A stretch of DNA of 24,000 nt. Origin: Bacillus mycoides. GTDB taxonomy: Bacteria; Bacillota; Bacilli; Bacillales; Bacillaceae_G. The DNA lies in the NCBI RefSeq assembly GCF_001757995.1, contig NZ_LXLV01000052.1, positions 26,424 through 50,423 on the forward strand, read 5' to 3'. Position 1 is the first letter of the stretch; each line of letters opens with the position of its first letter. Both the position numbers and the translations under genes were made by a program. The notes under the pieces were generated by a model that searched no databases, had not been told where the DNA came from, and was given only the letters and a program-made list of their open reading frames with translations. Below are positions 17,811 through 24,000 of the stretch, piece after piece.

Positions 17811-18374
17811 TTATTCGTCTATCGTTTTAATAACTTTAGCTGGATTACCACCAACTACTGCATTATTAGGTACATCTTTTGTCACAACTGCCCCTGAAGC
17901 GATTACAACATTGTCTCCAATTGAAATACCAGGGTTAATAATGGCTCCCCCGCCAACCCAAACATTGTTACCAATCTTTACAGGTTTCCCATATTCTTTG
18001 CCAGAATTCCGCTCTACCGGATGTAAAGGATGAGTGGCAGTATAAATATGGACACCAGGTGCAAACATACAATTGTCACCGATTCGAACTTCACAAACGT
18101 CCAAAATAACACAATTGAAATTTGCAAAAAAACTCTTTCCAATGTGGATATTGTAGCCGTAATCGCAACGAAAATCAGGTTTAATGTGTGATTTCCCGTC
18201 AGCTGAAGAACCTAAAAGCTGATTTAATAACGTAAACCGTTGTTCATCTCCTGTCTCCATCGCCTCGTTATAAAGGCGTGTTAACCGTTTCGTTTCAATC
18301 CTATCAGCTACTAATTCTTCGTCATCCGCAATATACATTTCTCCCGCCAACATCTTTTCTTTCTCAGTTTTCAT
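17811..18374 (-). CDS. maa: maltose/galactoside O-acetyltransferase (hexapeptide-repeat family)
   Basis: GAAGGAG SD. The N-terminal Maa/LacA-type helix is MLAGEMY, followed by left-handed beta-helix repeats ([44 protein letters not shown]). Confidence 0.9.
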
Positions 18375-18406
18375 ATAATCATCTCCTTCGTTATCGAATG
18401 AATCAA

Positions 18407-18430
18407 ACTTATTAAATTAGTTTAATAAGT
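18407..18430. promoter_or_regulatory. palindromic operator candidate, copy 1 (ACTTATTAAA-TTAG-TTTAATAAGT)
   Basis: Perfect 10-bp inverted arms lie 33 nt upstream of the maa start codon. Confidence 0.6.
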
Positions 18431-18442
18431 GACTTTAATTTA

Positions 18443-18466
18443 ACTTATTAAACATGTTTAATAAGT
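18443..18466. promoter_or_regulatory. palindromic operator candidate, copy 2 (ACTTATTAAA-CATG-TTTAATAAGT)
   Basis: Perfect 10-bp inverted arms, centred 36 bp from copy 1. Confidence 0.6.
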
Positions 18467-18577
18467 ATCCCTATGTTAACATACTTTTTAATATATGCAA
18501 CTAATAAATTCAGTAAGAAAATGCGAATCCCTCATTTTACATGCAGATACAACGAATAAATAATTTAGATTCACATA

Positions 18578-18606
18578 GAAAAAACAAGGGAACGCTTAGC
18601 GTTCCC
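18578..18606 (-). terminator. intrinsic terminator of trpS, with the stop codon in the loop
   Basis: GGGAACGC pairs with GCGTTCCC (18588-18595 / 18599-18606) around the TAA stop. On the minus strand it is followed by TTGTTTTTTC. Confidence 0.8.
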
Positions 18607-19594
18607 TCTCAAATCCAATCCGTTTTTTAATTTCCACCAAATTCACCTTCGCAATAGTCCGCGCTCTCTCAGCGCCTTTTTCTAATGCTTCATATAGTAA
18701 ATGCGGCTCATTCATATACATTGCGTATTTCTCACGAGGTCCTGCTAGCTCACGATCAACAACGCGAAATAACTCTTTTTTCACATCACCCCAACCAATT
18801 CCAGTCTCATACTTTTCACGCATCGACTGAATTTCATCTTCTGTCGCAAACTCTTTATAAATCATAAATAACGTTTCAAGTTCTTTCGGTTCATTCGGAA
18901 GTGACGAATCTGTTTTTATTTTAAATATTAACTTTCGGAGTTTTTCTTTCTCAGCAAAAAGTGGGATAACATTCCCGTAACTTTTACTCATTTTTCTTCC
19001 ATCAAGACCCGGTAAAATCGCTCCTTCTTCTTGTATCACATACTCTGGAAGCGTAAATGTCATGCCGAATGTATGATTAAAGTACGTCGCAATATCACGC
19101 GCAATTTCAATATGCTGAATTTGGTCCTTTCCAACAGGTACATGAGTGGCTTGAAATAATAAAATATCCGCCGCCATTAAAATCGGATACGTATATAATC
19201 CCATATTAACTCCAGCATCTATCTCTAACCCCACTTCTTTATTTTGCTCTATCTTCGCCTTATATGCATGAGCACGGTTCATAAGACCTTTCGGAGTTAG
19301 GCAAGATAGTATCCACGTTAATTCTAAAATCTCCGGTATTTCTGTTTGTCGATAAAAAATAACATCTTCGCTAATTCCAAGTGATAACCAAGTAGCTGCT
19401 ACCTCTTTCGTATAACTACTGAACTTTGCTGGATCATGCACAGCATTTAACGCATGATAATCAGCTATAAAGTACAATGCTTTTCCTTCATTATTTTTTG
19501 ACATTTGTAATGCAGGTTTAATCGCACCAATATAATTGCCTAAATGCGGGTAACCTGTTGGTTTAATTCCTGTTAACATAATTTTCTCGCTCAT
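18596..19594 (-). CDS. trpS: tryptophan--tRNA ligase, divergent (auxiliary-type) copy
   Basis: The ATG at 19594 follows an AAAGGAGGA SD. The HIGH-type motif is TGYPHLGNY, with KMSKS and YPILMAADIL. It is preceded by a Trp T-box leader. The ORF-track start at 19633 lies inside the leader terminator. Confidence 0.9.
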   Translation of the reverse strand: MSEKIMLTGIKPTGYPHLGNYIGAIKPALQMSKNNEGKALYFIADYHALNAVHDPAKFSSYTKEVAATWLSLGISEDVIFYRQTEIPEILELTWILSCLTPKGLMNRAHAYKAKIEQNKEVGLEIDAGVNMGLYTYPILMAADILLFQATHVPVGKDQIQHIEIARDIATYFNHTFGMTFTLPEYVIQEEGAILPGLDGRKMSKSYGNVIPLFAEKEKLRKLIFKIKTDSSLPNEPKELETLFMIYKEFATEDEIQSMREKYETGIGWGDVKKELFRVVDRELAGPREKYAMYMNEPHLLYEALEKGAERARTIAKVNLVEIKKRIGFERER

Positions 19595-19612
19595 CCTAAA
19601 TCCTCCTTTCTC

Positions 19613-19840
19613 AAAATAAAAAGAGCCCCTCATCCTAAAAAAGGACGAGAGACTCCCGCGGTACCACCTTAATTAGCTATATTATAGCTCACTTCAAGCT
19701 TCTATAACGTGAAGTAACCGTCTTTACCTACTCATTTCAGTAAGAAGCTCCAGAGCCCATTCCATATTCATCTCTTACTGATTCCCACCACATATCAGCT
19801 CTCTGAAAAGTTTTGAATATGTACTCTTCTCTTTCATTGC
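19613..19840 (-). promoter_or_regulatory. T-box riboswitch leader, probable Trp (UGG) specifier
   Basis: The minus strand shows these elements in order:
- a GA/K-turn-like GAAAGAGAAGAGTA
- an AG bay, CAGAGAG
- a distal loop, GGTGGGAA
- UGG followed by A at 19762-19764
- the T-box AATTAAGGTGGTACCGCGGGAG (19653-19674)
- a 14-bp terminator helix (19642-19655 / 19623-19636) followed by TTTTT. Confidence 0.85.
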
Positions 19841-20070
19841 TTTTTAGTTATTTTTTACAGTTTATCACATTTCACCTTAATATAAATCTGAATTTTCTGA
19901 TTTCTCAACAAGAATTTTCATTCTTTGACCCTTTAACCATAATTAACCCCTTGTTTTTAACACTCAGTGGAGACTTAAGAATTTTAACAATAATTATTAC
20001 CCATTTATTCCATGCAATATATAATCAATATATAGAGAATTTATTTACAATACAAAAACGGGGTGAAGTT

Positions 20071-20370
20071 ATGGGTTGGTTTACTAAAAAAATTGGTAAA
20101 TTTAAGAACAGTATTCAGACTGACTATGATACTTTAGGGGTTATTATACATTTCACACCTATTGCTATATATTTATACACCTGCGATGAGTATATAGAAA
20201 CATTTGACGGTGCGCTCACTTTTGAGACTGAAAACGGAAATCAAGTAGAAATCGGTGGTACTTTCATTTCTCTTGAAGTTGATGCGAATTTTCGCATGGA
20301 CGATATAATATTTGATTACAAACTAAAGGAAAGCAATCTACCTATTGTTGAATTAAAAGCCTACGTATGA
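20071..20370 (+). CDS. hypothetical protein (99 aa)
   Basis: The ATG at 20071 lies 6 nt after a GGGGTGA SD. I recognise no motif. The upstream part of the ORF-track frame is AT-rich non-coding sequence. Confidence 0.5.
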   Translation: MGWFTKKIGKFKNSIQTDYDTLGVIIHFTPIAIYLYTCDEYIETFDGALTFETENGNQVEIGGTFISLEVDANFRMDDIIFDYKLKESNLPIVELKAYV

Positions 20371-20432
20371 TGTTTATTGATGGATCAGTCATGGCACAGC
20401 TCGGTACTCCTAATATGCAAATCAATTATTAA
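20367..20432 (+). pseudogene. dxr: about 20-codon relic of a 1-deoxy-D-xylulose-5-phosphate reductoisomerase gene
   Basis: The frame reads MMFIDGSVMAQLGTPNMQINY*. This matches the highly conserved Dxr segment (E/V)F.DGSV(I/L)AQLG.PDM..PI as I remember it from E. coli and Bacillus Dxr. Nothing else of the ~380-aa enzyme is present. Confidence 0.5.
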
Positions 20433-20433
20433 T

Positions 20434-20476
20434 AAAAAAGAGCTAAAACAGATAAAACTGTTTTAGCTCTTTTTTA
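20434..20476. terminator. bidirectional intrinsic terminator
   Basis: A 13-bp stem pairs 20439-20451 with 20458-20470. It is flanked by an A-run and a T-run. Confidence 0.85.
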
Positions 20477-21595
20477 AGTATTCAACTTAACAAATCTATA
20501 ACTATGCGTAACTAACACTTTTAATATCGCATATCCTGGAATTGCTAAAATAACCCCCATAATTCCAAATAAATTTCCGGCAGTTAAAATAATAAAAATG
20601 ATAGTAATTGGATGAATGTCTAACTTCTTACCCATTACTTGTGGAGAAATAAATTTCCCCTCTGCTAATTGTACAACCATCATTACAATAATTACTTTTA
20701 AAATCATTGCTGGTGAGTCAATAAATGCAATAATTAACGCTGGTGTTATCGCAATAATAGGACCTACATATGGAACAACGTTTACAATCATCGCCAAAAT
20801 AGCAAGTAATACCGCGTATTTAATGCCGATTATTAGATAACCAATGAATAGCATAATACCGATAAATAAACTAACAATAATTTGCCCTCTAATATACGAG
20901 CTAATCGCATAATGCATATCATCTAATATTCTCTTCGCAGCTGGTTGTCTTTGCTCAGATATAAACTTTAAAAAATGATTCGGTAATTGCTCACCATCTT
21001 TTAAAAGATAGAACAAAATAAATGGAACCATTACAAATGTTAAAACAACTTCAGTAAGTGTACTTAAAAATCCAGTTACATTTCCTGTTACTGATGATAA
21101 TGATTTTGTAAAGTTCATTGTAGAATCTTTTACGATATTAGCAACATCAATATTTAAACTTTCCTGCATTCTACCAATTACATTACTTTCTCCAAATTTA
21201 CGTGCTGCCCTTTCGATTTCATGCCCGAAATATGGTAAGTTATCTATTAAAGCATTTACTTGATCTTTAATAATCGGAATAACCGTCACCGCAAGAAAAA
21301 CAAATAATCCAAGAACAATTATATATATCGAGGCAATTGACACAATTCTCGACACACCTTTTCTTTCTAAAAGAGAAACGAATGGATGCAATATATAAAA
21401 TAGTACTCCCGCTAATAATACTGGGAAAAAGATTGTTTTTAAAAATACGACGAACGGTGTAAAGACGAATGATATGTTTGTAAGTAATAATATATTTACA
21501 AACAGCAACGCGAATCCAAGTAGTACAGCTAAATAATTTTGTTCTTTAAAAAACTTTTTCAACTTATCTCTTTTTCTTATATTTACTTTCTCCAA
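20474..21595 (-). CDS. AI-2E family transporter (PerM/UPF0118)
   Basis: A multi-pass membrane protein with the typical family architecture and the C-terminal LFGIMGVILAIP segment. I prefer the TTG at 21595, 6 nt after GAGAGGTG. The ORF-track GTG at 21604 abuts the SD. Confidence 0.85.
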   Translation of the reverse strand: MEKVNIRKRDKLKKFFKEQNYLAVLLGFALLFVNILLLTNISFVFTPFVVFLKTIFFPVLLAGVLFYILHPFVSLLERKGVSRIVSIASIYIIVLGLFVFLAVTVIPIIKDQVNALIDNLPYFGHEIERAARKFGESNVIGRMQESLNIDVANIVKDSTMNFTKSLSSVTGNVTGFLSTLTEVVLTFVMVPFILFYLLKDGEQLPNHFLKFISEQRQPAAKRILDDMHYAISSYIRGQIIVSLFIGIMLFIGYLIIGIKYAVLLAILAMIVNVVPYVGPIIAITPALIIAFIDSPAMILKVIIVMMVVQLAEGKFISPQVMGKKLDIHPITIIFIILTAGNLFGIMGVILAIPGYAILKVLVTHSYRFVKLNT

Positions 21596-21616
21596 GTGTA
21601 CCACCTCTCTAATTAG

Positions 21617-21639
21617 GAAAAGCCCTAAAAAGGGCTTTA
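21617..21639 (-). terminator. weak hairpin after the glsB-like gene
   Basis: AAAGCCC pairs with GGGCTTT around a 6-nt loop. The U-tract is poor, and only 56 nt separate the two flanking genes. Confidence 0.35.
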
Positions 21640-21660
21640 TGAAATAATCAATAATAGCCT

Positions 21661-21909
21661 TTATTTCCTTGCAGCTTTTACTACAAATGATACAATAAGA
21701 ATTAACACAATTGCCCCTAATAATGCTGGTACGACATGAATCCCACCAAATGATGGCCCAAAAGATCCAAATAATCTACTACCTAACCAAGCTCCTAGTA
21801 AACCAGCAATTATATTTCCAAACATACCAGCTGGAAAATTTTTACCCGTTATAGAACTAGCAATTATACCTATAATAGCACCAACTATTAATGTGATAAT
21901 CCATCCCAT
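21661..21909 (-). CDS. GlsB/YeaQ/YmgE family stress-response membrane protein
   Basis: GGAGGA SD. It is an 82-aa glycine-rich protein with three TM segments, starting MGWIITLIVGAIIGIIA. Confidence 0.88.
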   Translation of the reverse strand: MGWIITLIVGAIIGIIASSITGKNFPAGMFGNIIAGLLGAWLGSRLFGSFGPSFGGIHVVPALLGAIVLILIVSFVVKAARK

Positions 21910-22046
21910 CTTTAGTCCTCCATTTCTATTATAGAATAAATCTATATACCACCTAACTTATTACGTAACTCTTATAATTATTATATCTAGAAATGAAAAA
22001 TCTTGTCAAACACATGAAAACACAGGGAAAAGGAGCGTCATTATTT

Positions 22047-22517
22047 ATGATTCAAAAATTAATAGCAAACTCTTATCATACTGCTTTGTCTATTTTAAAC
22101 ATTCAAATTCCTGCTTACGAAATTGAAGCAAAATACATAAATAGTACGGCCATCCCCCGTTTATACGATACTGTAACGGATATTCAAAACTGCGATGAGA
22201 CATTCCATGGATATTTCCTGGAAAATTCACTCATTGGATTTATTTCTTTTAAAGTTGATGAAGATGTAGTTGATATCCATCGTTTAGTAGTCTCACCCGA
22301 TCATTTCCATAAAAGGATAGCAACGAAGTTACTACTTTTTATATTTGACATGTTCTCTTCTTCAAAAACGTATATTGTACAAACAGGGAAGAACAATACG
22401 CCTGCTCTTTCTTTATATAAAAAACATGGTTTTATTGAAATACAAGATATCGTGCTTCCTGATGGCGTAGTTTTGACATCATTAAAAAGACAGAATACAC
22501 AAAACAGTTTGACTTAA
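22047..22517 (+). CDS. GNAT family N-acetyltransferase
   Basis: GNAT core (IHRLVVSPDHFHKRIATKLL ... LYKKHGF). The ATG at 22047 is preceded by AAAGGAG. The alternative ATG at 21993 lies only ~15 nt after a TATAAT box and has no SD. Confidence 0.8.
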   Translation: MIQKLIANSYHTALSILNIQIPAYEIEAKYINSTAIPRLYDTVTDIQNCDETFHGYFLENSLIGFISFKVDEDVVDIHRLVVSPDHFHKRIATKLLLFIFDMFSSSKTYIVQTGKNNTPALSLYKKHGFIEIQDIVLPDGVVLTSLKRQNTQNSLT

Positions 22518-22537
22518 ATGTTTATTTATGTTATTTT
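22509..22537 (+). promoter_or_regulatory. candidate sigma-A promoter of the riboswitch unit
   Basis: TTGACT (22509-22514), a 17-nt spacer, then TGtTATTTT (22529-22537). The predicted start is a few nt before the aptamer P1. Confidence 0.5.
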
Positions 22538-22549
22538 TTACTTTATAAA

Positions 22550-22691
22550 ACCTTTTGCTGAGTCCAAATTTTGGAGCGGGGGAACCATTTATGTAGCTTT
22601 TTGCTACTTGGGGCGAATCTTTTTTAAGTAGGGACACTCTCACTTCCCGAGTCCGACAGCTAACCTCGTAAGCGTAATGGGAGAGGAAGGT
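22550..22691 (+). promoter_or_regulatory. c-di-AMP riboswitch aptamer (ydaO-yuaA class)
   Basis: Conserved blocks appear in the canonical order:
- GCTGA
- GAGCGGGGGAACCA (22574-22587)
- GGGGCGAATC (22610-22619)
- GTAGGG (22628-22633)
- CCCGAGTCCGACAGCTAACCTCGTAAGCG (22646-22674)

P1 pairs 22550-22556 with 22685-22691. Confidence 0.85.
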
Positions 22692-22718
22692 GCTTTTTGC
22701 CTATGTTACACAGTATGC

Positions 22719-22778
22719 CTCCTTAGTTATAAATATGGGAACGATACCAATTAAAAACCTATATTTATAGAAAAGGAG
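22719..22778 (+). promoter_or_regulatory. long hairpin sequestering the sORF Shine-Dalgarno sequence
   Basis: CTCCTTAGTTATAAATATGGG (22719-22739) pairs with CCTATATTTATAGAAAAGGAG (22758-22778). Of the 21 positions, 19 pair, including two G-U. The 3' arm ends in the AAGGAG SD. Confidence 0.5.
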
Positions 22779-22787
22779 AAATGTATA

Positions 22788-22931
22788 ATGTTACGTTTAT
22801 CAGATCATGCAATAAAAATGATGGAGCAAAGACTTCGACTAGAACAACACCGCACATATCAAGCAAATAAAGTTGTAGATAACTTACATCACAAATACTT
22901 CTTTCAGCATATTTTCCAGCCAAAAAGATAA
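22788..22931 (+). CDS. small ORF, 47 aa (MLRLSDHAIKMMEQRLRLEQHRTYQANKVVDNLHHKYFFQHIFQPKR)
   Basis: AAGGAG lies 9 nt upstream of the ATG. The TAA stop is followed 16 nt later by a strong terminator. It is not in the ORF track because it is under 60 aa. I recognise no family. Confidence 0.5.
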   Translation: MLRLSDHAIKMMEQRLRLEQHRTYQANKVVDNLHHKYFFQHIFQPKR

Positions 22932-22946
22932 GTACTGACCTTTAAC

Positions 22947-22985
22947 AAAATACAGCGTACACTTTTTCGGTGTACGCTGTATTTT
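22947..22985. terminator. bidirectional intrinsic terminator
   Basis: A perfect 16-bp stem pairs 22947-22962 with 22970-22985 around a 7-nt loop, with A/T-rich ends on both sides. Confidence 0.85.
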
Positions 22986-23740
22986 TCATTTTCTTGCTTT
23001 AATAATAAAAGTAGTCGGCACCATTCTAGCTTTATATATAGAATAGTATTTCGCAGACGGATCTGCCACTTCTCCAGCAAATACACAAGATGGTTCGGGC
23101 TCTTCTATTCTCTCAATTATAAATCCCGCCCTATTTAACTCATTTATGTACGTACTCATTTTTCTCTTATATAATGTCGCTTGTACTTCTTCTCCTTTAA
23201 ATGTTTCAAACGTAATAGGAGTTTCCTCATGATATGAAGAGCATAAAACAATTTCTTCTGTTCCATACTGCAAATTTGAATATACCGGATGCTCCCAGCT
23301 AAAAATAAAGCTTCCTCCTGGTTTTACATATGAATATATAAGTCCCAATGTTTTTCTTAAATTAGAAGTCCATCCTAATGCATAGATGGAATATACTATA
23401 TCAAAATGCTCTGTCGGTATATTTACTTCTTCTTCCATTGCCCCGCGTATTAACTTTGGATTCCAATGCTTTAATGTTTCATTTGCTGTTTCAATTTGTG
23501 TCTCTGAAAGATCGAGCCCCACAACTCTTTCGCACCACGCTCCGCCATATATTCCAAAGAATGTCCACTACCACATCCGATATCTAGAACCGTTTTATTC
23601 TCAATAAAATCAAACAAATGAATTTCATCTTCTGATGCCGTATACGGTCCATATTTAGGTAGACAATCTACTTGAAAAAAATGCGGCGCTACTATGTCCC
23701 AACACCTTTTATTCACTTGTAACATTTTTGTTTGATCCAT
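22986..23740 (-). pseudogene. class I SAM-dependent methyltransferase, frameshifted
   Basis: The N-terminal ORF ends ...VLDIGCGSGHSLEYMAERGAKELWG. The second ORF continues GLDLSETQIETA... in the +1 frame. Adding one G to the GGGG run (plus-strand CCCC at 23517-23520) restores ELWGLDLSE. Confidence 0.85.
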
Positions 23741-23778
23741 ACTTTACATCCCCCCTTCTTTCTCTTCCACCAGTACTT

Positions 23779-23876
23779 TTTATCCCGCTATTTGTGGGCA
23801 GTAAACGCCCGATTGGTGCGGGATGATAATCAGCGGGGGATGAACAAAACTCCCACTGATTATAGTTTCACTTTAT
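23779..23876 (+). repeat. MITE-like structured interspersed repeat, copy B, flanked by TTTAT direct repeats
   Basis: TTTAT (23779-23783) and TTTAT (23872-23876) flank an 88-bp element. Internally, ATAATCAGCGGGGG pairs with CTCCCACTGATTAT at 13 of 14 positions, and there is a CCCG/CGGG stem. Confidence 0.6.
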
Positions 23877-23921
23877 ACGTGAGGGCCTCATTTTCCTTTT
23901 AGATTGATGATATTCGCTAAC

Positions 23922-23950
23922 AAAAAAAGAGTAGCTTCTCAGCTACTCCC
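23922..23950 (-). terminator. intrinsic terminator of the partial gene at the window edge
   Basis: GAGTAGCT pairs with AGCTACTC (23929-23936 / 23941-23948) around a 4-nt loop. On the minus strand it is followed by TTTTTTT. Confidence 0.75.
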
Positions 23951-23955
23951 TTTTC

Positions 23956-24000
23956 TTACGATGCATGATCATCTTTCTTCTTCTTCATTAACGCTCTCTT
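23956..24000 (-). CDS. 3' end of an unidentified CDS running off the window (...KRALMKKKKDDHAS*)
   Basis: The frame is open from the window edge to the TAA at 23956-23958, with a terminator immediately downstream. Only 14 codons are visible. Confidence 0.4.
   Translation of the reverse strand, partial: KRALMKKKKDDHAS

Noticed and set aside
17728-18033. 101-aa plus-strand ORF antisense to maa
   Set aside because: This is an antisense frame of a hexapeptide-repeat gene, which typically stays open by chance. It has no SD, and it overlaps the MFS start region.
19813-20070. N-terminal 86 codons of ORF-track entry 19813..20370
   Set aside because: The frame starts at a TTG with no SD. The sequence is extremely AT-rich with an implausible Phe/Leu/Ile/Asn-rich translation, and it overlaps the T-box leader and its promoter on the other strand. 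A good SD plus ATG exists at 20071.
22700-22740. Intrinsic terminator directly after the c-di-AMP aptamer
   Set aside because: I searched for a GC-rich stem followed by a U-tract. The only candidate, GCTTTTTGC, has no stem, and GAGGA/TCCTT pairs only 5 bp with no U-tract. I therefore interpret the platform as translational.
23517-23520. Programmed frameshift or phase-variable switch in the methyltransferase
   Set aside because: The homopolymer is only 4 nt. There is no slippery heptamer or downstream stimulatory structure. A simple mutation or a sequencing error is more parsimonious.

Overview
This is a low-GC Firmicute chromosomal segment. The gene content and two copies of a small structured interspersed repeat suggest the Bacillus cereus group, which is an inference and not verified. 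I support about 27 protein-coding genes, mostly housekeeping or accessory metabolism on the minus strand. They include a short pyruvate kinase paralog, a secreted alkaline phosphatase, a lipoprotein, an SDR and a two-gene ABC exporter. There is also a membrane-protein/XRE-regulator pair, a HAD nucleotidase, a tyrosine phosphatase, two GNATs, a DUF2785-like/Nudix pair and a VOC enzyme. The rest are a maa-MFS-ROK cluster, a divergent TrpRS, an AI-2E transporter and a GlsB-type stress protein. Several ORF-track starts look over-extended and were trimmed to SD-supported starts. Two cis-regulatory RNAs are recognisable. One is a Trp-specific T-box leader upstream of trpS. The other is a c-di-AMP (ydaO-type) riboswitch with its own promoter, an SD-sequestering helix, a 47-codon ORF and a terminator. 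That stand-alone unit is the most interesting item. Other points worth a second look:
- A 24-bp perfect palindrome occurs three times around the maa-MFS-ROK cluster.
- A 320-aa two-module orphan ORF carries an internal SD plus ATG, and its stop codon abuts a MITE-like repeat.
- A 41-bp tandem repeat lies downstream of the HAD gene.
- A 20-codon relic of dxr is present.
- A methyltransferase gene is broken by a 1-nt loss in a short homopolymer.

I saw no CRISPR array, rRNA, tRNA, transposase or recognisable defence system.
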